The notes: generated by a model from the letters alone, not told the origin. 64,000 nucleotides of DNA from Gemmatimonadaceae bacterium (GCA_051859245.1 JBHYGA010000005.1:512001-576000), one strand, 5' to 3'; numbered from the stretch's first letter, positions 16,429 through 26,131 are shown. Numbers and translations: made by a program.

Positions 16429-17250
16429 TCAGCGCTTCGCGATAACAGAGTTTGTGAAGACCAGTTCTGCAGCGCGGCGCCTATGCTTCGCAAAACCAGA
16501 TATGTTTCGCTGGACGAACTTTCGTTCTACATGCCAGCCATTGAACTGCCGCCTTGACTCAGCTGAGTCGGCGTACGATAGGACGAACGTCGCCCCCAAC
16601 GCGTTGATGCAGTGCAGGAGTTCTGACAGACGCTCCAAATCTTCCAAACCGAACGTCGCTGGCCCGTACTGACGAAAGATCCGACGATTCTCAACCGCAT
16701 ACGGCGGATCTAGGTAGACGAGGTCTCCCGATCGTACGTTGTCGCGAACAACGCGTTCAAAGTCGCCACAGACAATCTTGCAGGATCGGAGCCGAACGCT
16801 GCATTGCTGAATCTGTGTAAAGGAGGGCAAACGGCCGGTTCGCGTAGGTGCATAAGGTACGTTGAACTGCCCCTGAAGATTGGTCCTATAGAGTCCATTG
16901 AAGCAAAAGCGATTCAGGTAGACTAGCCTTGCCGCACGTTGCGCGCTTGTAAGATTCGAGTAATCCTGACCTCTCAGTGAGTTGTACGTCTCCCTGGATT
17001 GCGGCAGACGGTCAAGCTCATGAGACACAGCGTCTGGAGTATCTCTTACAGCAACGTATAGATTCGTGAGTTCCTCGTTCGAGTCCGACAGCAGTGCTCG
17101 TTTCGGATCGAGTGCAAAAAATAGACTTGCCGAGCCTGCGAATGGTTCGACGTACCGAACGTGCTGCTCCGCGTTCCAGTAGCGCACTAGTGTGCTTATT
17201 AGGCGTCGCTTGCTGCCCGCCCATCGAAGTATCTGGAGCTCTGACTTCAC
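16429..17250 (-). CDS. Dam-family (D12 class) DNA N6-adenine methyltransferase
   Basis: LRWAGSK, YVEPFAGS, FNGLYRTN..G.FNVPY, VYLDPPY. GTG start. Confidence 0.92.
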   Translation of the reverse strand: MKSELQILRWAGSKRRLISTLVRYWNAEQHVRYVEPFAGSASLFFALDPKRALLSDSNEELTNLYVAVRDTPDAVSHELDRLPQSRETYNSLRGQDYSNLTSAQRAARLVYLNRFCFNGLYRTNLQGQFNVPYAPTRTGRLPSFTQIQQCSVRLRSCKIVCGDFERVVRDNVRSGDLVYLDPPYAVENRRIFRQYGPATFGLEDLERLSELLHCINALGATFVLSYADSAESRRQFNGWHVERKFVQRNISGFAKHRRRAAELVFTNSVIAKR

Positions 17251-17439
17251 GAAATCGGTAGTCCACAGAGGTTTCGCAAATTACTTACCGGGGGAAGATC
17301 GTCTCGGCAGCGGGCGTGCGTAAGTGCGAGCTGCCTGCAGTTCGCGGCACCGCCAAGAAGCAGAAAATTGGGTCGCAAGAATAGCCGGCGTTGTGCGTAC
17401 GGCCAGAACCTAGGTTTGGTGTGCCCTGCCACCGGGCGC

Positions 17440-17988
17440 TCAGGGAGTAGCCGAAACTCTCGCTGGAGGCGCCTGCTGAACTTTGAAGAAGTCCCCCATC
17501 TCGGCGTGAACGATCTCATACGTCTGGACTCGGAAACGCCCAAAGGCGGTCTCCAACTCACCCAGTCTGTCCGCCGAGTTTGAAGCACGCGCGATGGCGA
17601 TGGATGCTTCCCAATCGGCGCGAAGCGCCTGAAGTGCGAAGAGCGCCTCGGTTTGACTTCTCCATCCGACTTCCCATCTAAAGTGAGTACCGATTCCGGT
17701 TAGGATCGCTATCACGGCTGAAGCAGCGGATACAAGGAAGCTCTTGCTGATCGGGAATCCGTAGACAACCGTGTCTGTTGCGAATACGGCAATCAGCGGA
17801 AGTAGTCCGCTCAACACGATTATGCTGACGCTTGAGTACCTGAACCACTTTCGCTTCGTCGTCGATCTGTCACGATAGTAGTCGAGCATGTACTCAAAAC
17901 TCTCAGGCGTGTGAATGTCTGAGAGAAACACGGATGTGCTCAGCTGGGTGAGGTAGCGCTCTATTGTATCGTCAGTTTTTGCTTCCAT
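17440..17988 (-). CDS. DUF4231/SLATT-like two-transmembrane protein
   Basis: YYRDRSTTKRKWFR, two hydrophobic segments, then FRWEVGWRS.TE...L. It is the first gene after the cassette start. Confidence 0.75.
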   Translation of the reverse strand: MEAKTDDTIERYLTQLSTSVFLSDIHTPESFEYMLDYYRDRSTTKRKWFRYSSVSIIVLSGLLPLIAVFATDTVVYGFPISKSFLVSAASAVIAILTGIGTHFRWEVGWRSQTEALFALQALRADWEASIAIARASNSADRLGELETAFGRFRVQTYEIVHAEMGDFFKVQQAPPARVSATP

Positions 17989-18360
17989 ATCTTCGGACCG
18001 ATTTGGGGGTGCCGCAGGCTAACGTGGATCGGATGGCCCGACATATCGTCCGCCGAAGCAACCTATTCGCAGGCAAGTTGCTCGATCTGCCGCCGGTGAA
18101 CGAATCAGCAACTTGTTGATGTCAAACTATCTGTACGCGCCTGATTGCTAGCGAAGTCGCAATACGGTCGGTCTACCTAATCCCAACTCGACCACACACT
18201 CCTCTAGCTGACAATTGACTGCGGGGCTGCAGCGCCCGCGAACTCCACCGCACAAGAAGCTCGCGTTCGATGCCGACTAGCTAGCAGGCGACGCCTCGGC
18301 CCGCTAGCCTGTCCACTCGCCGTTGGTTCGCGACGCGACACAAGTGTTGGCGCACATGAA

Positions 18361-18390
18361 GCCAAGCAGATCCTGATGAAACTGCTTGGC
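18361..18390 (-). terminator. Hairpin downstream of bchZ
   Basis: GCCAAGCAG-12 nt-CTGCTTGGC, just 3' of the bchZ stop, with a weak U-tract. Confidence 0.4.
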
Positions 18391-18406
18391 CGAACGCTAG
18401 TTCTTC

Positions 18407-19861
18407 TCACCCCACCCCCACCAACCCCCGTCTCGACGCCATAACGTGATCCCGCGTCACCGTCCCATCCCCCAGCTCCCGCGCATCTCTCTCGGCCGCG
18501 TCCCTCAACCGCTTCGCCACTGAAATCCGAATCAACACCGGCTGCGCATCACACAACTCATCAAGCAACGCCTTCGCGTCATCACTCCACGGCAGCTCCT
18601 TATGCAGTCTCGCCGGCGTCGCATCGATCTTGTCCATATCCGTACCCAGCGGCAGGATATGAAACAGCGCATCAAACAGCTGATTACACACTTCCTGAAT
18701 CAGATACGTCGCGCCCGAATACCCCATGAACGGCGTGCCCGTATGCCGGCGAATAATCGCCCCAGGAAACGACGCCGGAATGTACATCGCGCGCGACCCA
18801 CTCTCGGCCAGATACATGCGCTCGTTGTACGAACCAAACATGATCAGTGGCGGCGTAGCTTTAATCGCCGCACGCACGGCCTGATTGTCCGGCTTTACAC
18901 CAGGCCTGCGCGCAAAGCTGAAAGTGCAGGGCAGCCCCATCTCCGTTTCAAGGAAATGGCGAATGCCACGCGCGTGCGTTTCGTTCGCCACAATCGCAAA
19001 ACTCGCCGTGCCGAAAAAATCTTGCGTGACCGACCGCCACAAATCCCACAACGGCTTGATGGTGGTGTGCTTTTCTTTTTCAATGAACGGTTCGGGATCT
19101 ACACCCAGCAACTCACCGAGCGTGCGCAAAAACTTGGTGGTGCTATGCAAACCGATTGGTGCCTGCAAATACGGCACATCAAGATCTTCGCACAGCAGGC
19201 GACCAAACTCGCGGTACATGCAGATGTTCACATCAGCATCCACCAACCGCGGCACTTCACTCAAATGCGCGCCGAGCGGGAACACCATGTTGATCTCCGC
19301 GCCAATGCCTTCCACCATGCGGCGCACTTCGGCGAGATCACTCCACGTGTTGAAGTAGCCGTACATGGGCCCGATAATGTTCACGCGCGGCTTGGCGCCG
19401 GGCAAACGCTCCGACTTGTTGGGACGCACACCTTTTTTGAGGCCGTACTCCGTCCACAACCAGTAGATGGCACGGTTCGCAGCCTGCCACTGATCTTCGT
19501 CAATCGTGCGCGGCAGAAAACGCTGAATGTTGGTGCCTTCCGGCGTGACACCACCACCAATCATTTCGGCGATTGAACCGGTCACCACTACGGCCGGCAA
19601 CTCCGGATCAAGCGTGGAGTGCGCGCGTTTCATGGCGGCTTCAGTACCGGTCTGACCAAGCTCTTCTTCGCCGAGTCCGGTCACAACAATGGGCAGTTCG
19701 TGCGGCGGCAGTGCGTCGGTGTAGTGCAGTACCGATGTCACCGGCAGGTTTTCGCAGCCAACCGGCCCGTCAATCACCACCTGCAAACCCTTGATCGCGG
19801 TAAACGCATACACTGCGCCCCAATACCCACCAGCGCGATCAAGATCGAGAATCAATGTCAT
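18407..19861 (-). CDS. bchZ: Chlorophyllide a reductase subunit Z
   Basis: [22 protein letters not shown]-terminal [18 protein letters not shown]. Position after bchY. Confidence 0.97.
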   Translation of the reverse strand: MTLILDLDRAGGYWGAVYAFTAIKGLQVVIDGPVGCENLPVTSVLHYTDALPPHELPIVVTGLGEEELGQTGTEAAMKRAHSTLDPELPAVVVTGSIAEMIGGGVTPEGTNIQRFLPRTIDEDQWQAANRAIYWLWTEYGLKKGVRPNKSERLPGAKPRVNIIGPMYGYFNTWSDLAEVRRMVEGIGAEINMVFPLGAHLSEVPRLVDADVNICMYREFGRLLCEDLDVPYLQAPIGLHSTTKFLRTLGELLGVDPEPFIEKEKHTTIKPLWDLWRSVTQDFFGTASFAIVANETHARGIRHFLETEMGLPCTFSFARRPGVKPDNQAVRAAIKATPPLIMFGSYNERMYLAESGSRAMYIPASFPGAIIRRHTGTPFMGYSGATYLIQEVCNQLFDALFHILPLGTDMDKIDATPARLHKELPWSDDAKALLDELCDAQPVLIRISVAKRLRDAAERDARELGDGTVTRDHVMASRRGLVGVG

Positions 19862-21519
19862 ATCATCTGCTCCGCCTGACGCTTCTTATTCAGGCGCGCG
19901 AGGTGGCGTTTGTAGTGTTCACGGAACTCCGGACGGTCCACCGGCACTTCTTCCCATACGCCGGCCGCGTAACCCGAACCTACGTCACCAAAGAAGTTCT
20001 TCATTTCCAGGAAGCGCGCTTTGTTGCCAAGCGCGGCGTTCACAACCGTGGCCAGTGAACCCGCACCAGCCGGGCCCATGAGCGGCCGCGCCGAAATGAG
20101 ATTGGTAAAGTAGAGCGCGGGAATCATCAGCTCTTTTGCTTTCTGCACCACAGGCGTGGTACCAATCGCGAGGTCGGGCTCAAACTCCTGCATGGCCTGC
20201 AGATCATGTTCGAGCGACGCGCGGAACTGCACACGCACACCACGCGCTTCCAGCCAGTCACGATCGGCCATGTTGTACGGCGTGCGCGGGCACGCCGAGC
20301 CTACGTAGCGCACATCGGCGCCGCTCTCAATGAGCAAACGCGCCACCAGCAACTCCGAGCCTTCGTAACCACTCATGGTAATGCGGCCTTTGATGGGCCG
20401 AGATGCAAGCGCACCCTTGATCGCCGGCAGCACGCGATTTTTTGCTTCGTCAATTTTATCGCGCGACACGCCGGCCATTTGCCCGATGTTTTCGAGCCAC
20501 GCTTCGGTACCGTCGTAACCAACCGGCGCTGAACCAACAATCGGTCTGCCCGCCGCTTCAAACTCGCGGAAGCTCGCCGTGTAAAACGGATGAATCGCGG
20601 CCACACCAACACAGTCGAGCGCGGCGTACAGTTCACGCCACTCACGCGTTGGCACAACCGGACCGGCCGCGAGTCCCATGGGCTCGAGCATCATGCCAAT
20701 GCCAACGGGGTCCACCGGAAACATTTCGCCCACCAGTGTGACCGTGGGCTTTTCCGCGCGACCGCCACGTGGTGCCTGCACGGGACCCTGTTCGGCCTCG
20801 AGTCGCGCGTACTTGAGCATGGCGCCGGCGAGCACGTCTTTGGCTTCGGCGTGCGTGGGCACACCAAAACCCGGCACATCAATGCCCACAATGCGCACGC
20901 CGTTGATTTCTTTCGGCAAGATCTGCAGGGGAACGCCTGATGCCGTGGGTACGCACAAGTTGGTAATCACAATTGCATCGTACAGCGCCGGATCGGCCAT
21001 CTCGTGTACGGCGTCGCGAATGTCTTCGAACAACTTGCCGGTCACGAGCGACTCGGAGTTGAACGGCACATACCCAACCGTGCGCCGAGCGCCGTAAAAG
21101 TGCGACGTAAACGTGAGACCGTACACGCAGCACGCACTGCCGCTCAGAATCGTGGCCGTGCGACGCATGCGCAGACCAACTCGCAGCGAACCAAACGCGG
21201 GGCACATGCTCTGCGGCTGATCGTGCGGGCCTTTGGGATAGTCGGCCGCGTAACGGTCGAGCGTTTCGCTCTTGCCCGCCGCACGTGCAGCCGCGCGCAT
21301 TTCGCCTGCACCGGAGTGACAGCCGATGCCGTCTGTTACGGTAGCCGCCACGTTGATGTCTTCCACAATCGGCAGCGCACTGCGCGTGCCCGTGTTTTCG
21401 CCGACTGCAGCCGGCGACGGCGCACACCCAAGCCCACCCGGCGCGTCACCATCATTCGCCATGGGCGTTGCGCCGGCATCGTCGTACGCAACCTCGTTCC
21501 TTCGCACATCAATCGTCAT
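19858..21519 (-). CDS. bchY: Chlorophyllide a reductase subunit Y
   Basis: [41 protein letters not shown]. Confidence 0.97.
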   Translation of the reverse strand: MTIDVRRNEVAYDDAGATPMANDGDAPGGLGCAPSPAAVGENTGTRSALPIVEDINVAATVTDGIGCHSGAGEMRAAARAAGKSETLDRYAADYPKGPHDQPQSMCPAFGSLRVGLRMRRTATILSGSACCVYGLTFTSHFYGARRTVGYVPFNSESLVTGKLFEDIRDAVHEMADPALYDAIVITNLCVPTASGVPLQILPKEINGVRIVGIDVPGFGVPTHAEAKDVLAGAMLKYARLEAEQGPVQAPRGGRAEKPTVTLVGEMFPVDPVGIGMMLEPMGLAAGPVVPTREWRELYAALDCVGVAAIHPFYTASFREFEAAGRPIVGSAPVGYDGTEAWLENIGQMAGVSRDKIDEAKNRVLPAIKGALASRPIKGRITMSGYEGSELLVARLLIESGADVRYVGSACPRTPYNMADRDWLEARGVRVQFRASLEHDLQAMQEFEPDLAIGTTPVVQKAKELMIPALYFTNLISARPLMGPAGAGSLATVVNAALGNKARFLEMKNFFGDVGSGYAAGVWEEVPVDRPEFREHYKRHLARLNKKRQAEQMI

Positions 21520-21530
21520 GGCGCGCTGCC

Positions 21531-22532
21531 TCAGACGGTGTCGTAGACAACTTCAAGCGTCGACTTGGTCACTTCTTCCTTGCCGCACATATCAAACATC
21601 GTGGCCGGCTGCAGCACCACATCTCGGCCCGTGGTCTCGGCGCTGAACAGATCCAGAATGCCGTCCATGGTGAGCGGCTTGGGACGTACCGGCGGCGCGT
21701 CGGCCACATTGCGCGCGAGCTCTTCAAACAGCGGGCCCCACTCGGTGCCCGGAATGCCAATGATCTCGTAGTTCGCACTCTTGCGACGAATGTCATCGTG
21801 CTGCGGAATCGCGGCGAGCACGGGAATGCCGGCGGCCTTGGCAAACGCGGCCGCTTCACCGGTGCCGTCGTCCTTGTTGATCAAGATGCCGGCCACACCA
21901 ACGTTGCCACCAAGGCGGCGGAAATATTCCACCGCGTTGCACACGTTGTTTGCCACGTACAGCGACTGCATGTCATTGGAGCCAACCACAATCACCTTCT
22001 GACACATGTCGCGCGCGATGGGCAAACCGAATCCGCCGCAGACAACGTCGCCGAGGAAGTCGAGCAGCACAAAGTCAAAGCCCCAGTCGTGGAAGCCGAG
22101 CTTTTCAAGAATCTCGAAGCCGTGAATGATGCCGCGTCCACCGCAGCCGCGACCTACTTCGGGGCCGCCGAGTTCCATGGCAAACACACCGTCGCGAATA
22201 AAACACACGTCGCCAATCTGTACCGCTTCACCGGCGAGTTTTTTCTTGGCGCTCACTTCAATGATCGTGGGGCAGGCTTTGCCACCAAACAACAGTGATG
22301 TGGTGTCGCTCTTGGGATCACACCCAATGAGCAACACCTTCTTGCCCTGCTGCGCCATCATGTACGACAGGTTCGCGAGCGTAAAACTCTTGCCGATACC
22401 GCCCTTGCCATAGATCGCAATAATCTGCGTCTCTTTGGTTACGGGGCCGGTGTGTACCGCCTCTGGTTCGCTGTTCGCTTCGGCGCGCACGTTGTTGTGC
22501 AGTTGGTGCAGGGCAGTGGCGTTGTCACTCAT
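21531..22532 (-). CDS. bchX: Chlorophyllide a reductase iron protein subunit X
   Basis: NifH-like YGKGGIGKS, GCDPKSD, GRGCGGRG, DFLGDVVCGGF. Confidence 0.97.
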   Translation of the reverse strand: MSDNATALHQLHNNVRAEANSEPEAVHTGPVTKETQIIAIYGKGGIGKSFTLANLSYMMAQQGKKVLLIGCDPKSDTTSLLFGGKACPTIIEVSAKKKLAGEAVQIGDVCFIRDGVFAMELGGPEVGRGCGGRGIIHGFEILEKLGFHDWGFDFVLLDFLGDVVCGGFGLPIARDMCQKVIVVGSNDMQSLYVANNVCNAVEYFRRLGGNVGVAGILINKDDGTGEAAAFAKAAGIPVLAAIPQHDDIRRKSANYEIIGIPGTEWGPLFEELARNVADAPPVRPKPLTMDGILDLFSAETTGRDVVLQPATMFDMCGKEEVTKSTLEVVYDTV

Positions 22533-23470
22533 GCGACGGAGCTCCAGTCGAGGATCATCTTGACGCAGTTGGGATCGGTGAAAGCGGTGGTGTAAGCCAA
22601 CTCGGCCTGTTCCGCTTTGTGCGTGTGCGTAATCAGCCCATCAAGGTTCAGCTGACCACTATTCGTTAACTCGGCGACCGCTGCGAGATCACCGGGTGCC
22701 CACTGCGCGGCAACAGCCAGTGTTGCTTCGCGCAAAAATGCGGGCGGAAATACAAAACTCACGGGCTCGTGATAAAAACCGGCGAGCACAATCGTGCCGC
22801 CTGGCTTGAGTCGCGAAATGAGTGTGTCGAGCAAACCATTCGCGCCGCTCACTTCCTGAATGCACTGATAACTCGTGCCCAGATCTTCGTCAGGATGCAC
22901 CACGCGATATCCTTCCGCGCCCGTGCTGCGAATGGGATTCACTTCCCACACGGTTGGTGCCGCGCCGCCGAGTACGAGTGTGAGTCGCGCAATGAGTCGG
23001 CCGAGTGCACCGTGTCCAACGATTAGATCAGGCAGCGCACGTTTGCCAACACCAAGTGCGTGATACGCTGTTGCAGCGAGCGCGAGCAACACACCGCGTT
23101 CCTGCACGGAGTCAGCGAGTGGTACGGTGCGTGCACCGGGCACCACAACGCGTGCGGCTTGTCCACCAAAGAGTCCGCGTGCGCCTTCAAATCCTTTGGA
23201 GCCGGCAATGAATACCTGCCGCCCAACGGTGCGCCCGGAGGTTGGACCGGCGTGCACGATTTCGCCCACGGCCTCGTAGCCCGGCACGAGCGGGTAGCCG
23301 AGCCCGGGGAAGGGTGGCATTTGCCCAGTATATAGAAGGCGCTCGGTGCCGGTGCTGATACCGGACCACCGGATCGCGACTATGACATCCTCGTCGGCGG
23401 GCGAGACGAGCGACAATCGGCGCAGCGAGAGAGTCTCAGGCTGCTCGAACACTACGGCCAGCGTGTCCAC
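22529..23470 (-). CDS. bchC: 3-hydroxyethyl bacteriochlorophyllide a dehydrogenase
   Basis: WSGISTGTERLL..G.MPPFPG.GYPLVPGYE, ALAATA.HA, C.KMILDWS. Confidence 0.95.
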   Translation of the reverse strand: MDTLAVVFEQPETLSLRRLSLVSPADEDVIVAIRWSGISTGTERLLYTGQMPPFPGLGYPLVPGYEAVGEIVHAGPTSGRTVGRQVFIAGSKGFEGARGLFGGQAARVVVPGARTVPLADSVQERGVLLALAATAYHALGVGKRALPDLIVGHGALGRLIARLTLVLGGAAPTVWEVNPIRSTGAEGYRVVHPDEDLGTSYQCIQEVSGANGLLDTLISRLKPGGTIVLAGFYHEPVSFVFPPAFLREATLAVAAQWAPGDLAAVAELTNSGQLNLDGLITHTHKAEQAELAYTTAFTDPNCVKMILDWSSVA

Positions 23471-23522
23471 TGAACCTCATGGAGCGATCGGAAGGACTAC
23501 GTCCCTGGGGGGACAGACAAAG

Positions 23523-23566
23523 TGTAAACTGAACGTGACACCTTGCCCTGTCAACAAATGCCGATG
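23523..23566 (-). promoter_or_regulatory. PpsR/CrtJ box pair at the bchC promoter
   Basis: Perfect TGT-N12-ACA at 23523-23540. A half-site 8 bp away contains TTGACA on the minus strand (23554-23549). Confidence 0.8.
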
Positions 23567-23599
23567 ATCCCGTTCGGAAAGGCTCCGAACGGGGGCCAA

Positions 23600-24841
23600 T
23601 CAGGCTTCGGCCACGATCAGGCCGGTCTGAATCGGGTAGCGCGTGGCGATGGACTTGGAGCGCCGGAAGCCGGCTGCGGCGATCATGGCGTGCAGCTCTT
23701 CCGGCCGCCGCGCGCGCCCTTTCCCCATTGCCATCAGGTAGAAATTGAAGTACGCGTCACCCACCGGCTCGGCGCCGCGCACACCGGCCATGGCCTCGGC
23801 CACCAGCAGCGTGCCACCCTTGGGCAGCGCGGCGTGCACCTTGCGCAGCAGGCGGTTCACTGAGGCGTCGTCGTGGTCCAGCAGCACGCGCACGAGCGAG
23901 CAGACACTCGCGCCCGTGGGCAGTGCGTCTGCATGAAAATTGCCGCCCACGCTACTGAACCGATTGGCCAGACCGGCCTTGGCCATGCGCGACTGTGCTC
24001 GGCTGGTCACGGCCGGCAGGTCGAACAGCACGAGCTTGAGGTTGTTGTGCCTGAGGCCGGCGTGCGTGAGGAACACGCCTTCGCCGCCGCCCACGTCGAG
24101 CAGACACTCGTGCTTGGACAGGTCATAGGCGTCGAGCACATCGCTGGCCAGCGGGGGCAGCGTCTCGGCCATCATTTGTGAGTACGAGGCCACGCGGGCG
24201 TCGTCGATGGCCTGCGGGCGGGGCGCGTCGGCGTAGGGCCAGTAGCGCGAAAGTTCGGTGCGGAAGTCGCTGCCTGCTCTCAGCAGGCTCACCGGGTCGG
24301 CCAGGTCGCCGTAGGCCATGGCGTGGTGACGAATCAGGGCCACGAGCCCCGCATTGCCGGCCATGGGAGCGCCCAGGGGGCCCAGGGCCACGCGTCCGCC
24401 GCGTCGTGTGGCGAGCAGCTTGAGCGACGTGGCGGCGCGGACAAGCGTTTCAGTGGCAGCGGCCGGCAGACCCGTGTGTTTGGCGATCTGGTCTTTCGTG
24501 AGCGGGCCCTTCGCGAGCAGGTCGAAGAGGCCGAGTTCCACACAGGCGTACAGCGTTTGTGTGTAGACGAAGCCGGCCATCAGGTCGAACAGGGCTCGGC
24601 TTCTTCTTAGGGCGACTGGCCGCGTAAGCGGGAAGCGCGCGGCCCAGCTCTGGAAGCCTTCCGTGGCCACGAACGCGTTCCACCGGTCGCGCCATCGCTC
24701 CCAGAAGGGGGCGGTATAGGCGGACGGTAGCGGGAGCGCGTGCGAGGGGGCGGTCGGGGTCGCGAGCGCCGGTGCTGCGCTCGTTGAGGCGACGGTGACG
24801 CCGGGCATGGCCTCGGCGAGCGAACGGTCGGGGGGCGTCAT
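23600..24841 (-). CDS. crtF: Hydroxyneurosporene/demethylspheroidene O-methyltransferase
   Basis: FQSWAARFPLTRP.A.R...ALFDL.AGFVY.Q, SAM motif LLDVGGGEG. Canonical crtF-bchC adjacency. Start uncertain. Confidence 0.88.
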   Translation of the reverse strand: MTPPDRSLAEAMPGVTVASTSAAPALATPTAPSHALPLPSAYTAPFWERWRDRWNAFVATEGFQSWAARFPLTRPVALRRSRALFDLMAGFVYTQTLYACVELGLFDLLAKGPLTKDQIAKHTGLPAAATETLVRAATSLKLLATRRGGRVALGPLGAPMAGNAGLVALIRHHAMAYGDLADPVSLLRAGSDFRTELSRYWPYADAPRPQAIDDARVASYSQMMAETLPPLASDVLDAYDLSKHECLLDVGGGEGVFLTHAGLRHNNLKLVLFDLPAVTSRAQSRMAKAGLANRFSSVGGNFHADALPTGASVCSLVRVLLDHDDASVNRLLRKVHAALPKGGTLLVAEAMAGVRGAEPVGDAYFNFYLMAMGKGRARRPEELHAMIAAAGFRRSKSIATRYPIQTGLIVAEA

Positions 24842-24968
24842 CGGGGACACCCGCAAATGGGGCGAGCTGGCAAACTTGGCGCGTGGGGAGCCCAGGTAGG
24901 TTGGCGCGCTGGATGCGCGATCTTGTACCGTGGCGTACAAAGGCGACGATAGTGCGCGCCTCAGAAAG

Positions 24969-25011
24969 TGTCAAGCGAAGTGTACACTTGCGGTGTAAGG
25001 GCTTAATTACC
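24969..25011. promoter_or_regulatory. PpsR/CrtJ box pair between divergent crtF and bchI
   Basis: TGT-N12-ACA at 24969-24986 and TGT-N12-ACC at 24994-25011, 7 bp apart. Confidence 0.8.
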
Positions 25012-25016
25012 GCCCC

Positions 25017-26051
25017 ATGCGCCATGTCTATCCGTTTAGTGCAATTGTGGGTCAGGACGAGATGAAGCTCGCCCTGCTGTTGACCGCCGTGGACCCGTCC
25101 ATTGGCGGGGTCATGGTTTTTGGCGACCGAGGCACCGGCAAGAGTACGGCGGTGCGCGGTCTCGCCGGCCTGCTGCCCTCCATGACCGTGGTCGCGGGGT
25201 GTCGCTACGGCTGCGCGCTGCCGAGCGATTCGTCGGGGTGTGGGTACTGCGAGCGCGGGCATGCACACGGCGAAAAGATTCGTTCGGCGAAAGCGCCGGT
25301 GCCGGTTGTTGATTTGCCACTTGGTGCCACGGAAGATCGTGTGGTTGGTGCGCTCGATCTTGAACGTGCGCTCACCACGGGTGAAAAAGCGTTTGAGCCG
25401 GGACTGCTCGCGCGTGCGCATCGCGGGTTTTTGTACGTGGACGAAGTGAACTTGCTGGAAGATCATCTTGTGGATTTGCTGCTCGATGCGGCGGCCACTG
25501 GTGAGAATGTGGTGGAGCGCGAAGGTGTGAGTGTGCGACATCCGGCGCGGTTTGTCTTGGTTGGCTCCGGTAATCCGGAAGAAGGTGAACTACGCCCGCA
25601 GTTGCTGGATCGATTTGGATTGGCGGTGGACGTGAAGACGCCGCGTGAGATTCCGCTGCGTATTGAAGTGATCAAACGACGTGATGCGTTTGATCGGGAC
25701 GCAGATGCGTTTGTGGCGCATTGGGAGAAGGCCGAGAAGGCGGTGCGCAAGCGGATTGTGAAGGGGCAGGAGCGGTTGGAGAATACGACGGTGCCCGACG
25801 CGGTGCTCGTGCGTGCAACGGTGCTGTGTTCAAAGCTTGGTACTGACGGGCTGCGCGGTGAACTCACGTTGTTGCGCACGGTGCGTGCGTACGCGGCGCT
25901 TGAAGGGCACAGTCAGGCGACGCTTGAGGATTTGCGCAAGATTGCGCCGCTGTGTCTAAGGCATCGGTTACGGCGCAATGTGCTGGATGAAGCGAGCAGC
26001 AGCACTCGTGTGGAGCGGGCGCTGGATGAACTGTATGCCGCCGCTGAGTGA
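25017..26051 (+). CDS. bchI: Magnesium chelatase ATPase subunit I
   Basis: YPFSAIVGQ, GDRGTGKST, LPLGATEDRVVG, GNPEEGELRPQLLDRFG. Confidence 0.97.
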   Translation: MRHVYPFSAIVGQDEMKLALLLTAVDPSIGGVMVFGDRGTGKSTAVRGLAGLLPSMTVVAGCRYGCALPSDSSGCGYCERGHAHGEKIRSAKAPVPVVDLPLGATEDRVVGALDLERALTTGEKAFEPGLLARAHRGFLYVDEVNLLEDHLVDLLLDAAATGENVVEREGVSVRHPARFVLVGSGNPEEGELRPQLLDRFGLAVDVKTPREIPLRIEVIKRRDAFDRDADAFVAHWEKAEKAVRKRIVKGQERLENTTVPDAVLVRATVLCSKLGTDGLRGELTLLRTVRAYAALEGHSQATLEDLRKIAPLCLRHRLRRNVLDEASSSTRVERALDELYAAAE

Positions 26052-26131
26052 TTGCGTTCCTGTCATGAATCGCTTGCCTTTTTCGCTCGCGTGATGAACA
26101 CCGCGACTCTCTCGCATCTCGTGTTCGCACG

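Larger units (their letters stand above)
12119..18022 (-). mobile_element. Five-gene integron cassette (5,904 bp)
   Basis: Begins G^TTAGCCTGCGGC (18023-18011) and ends in an attC whose R'' side reads GCCGCAGGCTAAC (12258-12246), an exact 13-bp complement. All five genes are co-oriented and no internal attC was seen. Confidence 0.8.

Noticed and set aside
15195..17250. Classical type II restriction-modification pair or SbcCD/Mre11 repair module
   Set aside because: No recognisable restriction endonuclease, and the partner ATPase lacks the SMC coiled coil and ABC signature.
18120..18137. PpsR box TGT-N12-ACG upstream of the cassette
   Set aside because: One mismatch in a six-base consensus and no partner site, so it is expected by chance in a gap this size.
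18376..18410. Remnant intI start (ATG AAA CTG CTT GGC, MKLLG) divergent from the cassettes
   Set aside because: No further integrase similarity, and the sequence is explained by the hairpin arm after bchZ.
23600..24940. bchU (C-20 methyltransferase)
   Set aside because: The N-terminal FQ.WAA.FPLTR motif and the position before bchC indicate crtF, and no chlorosome genes are present.
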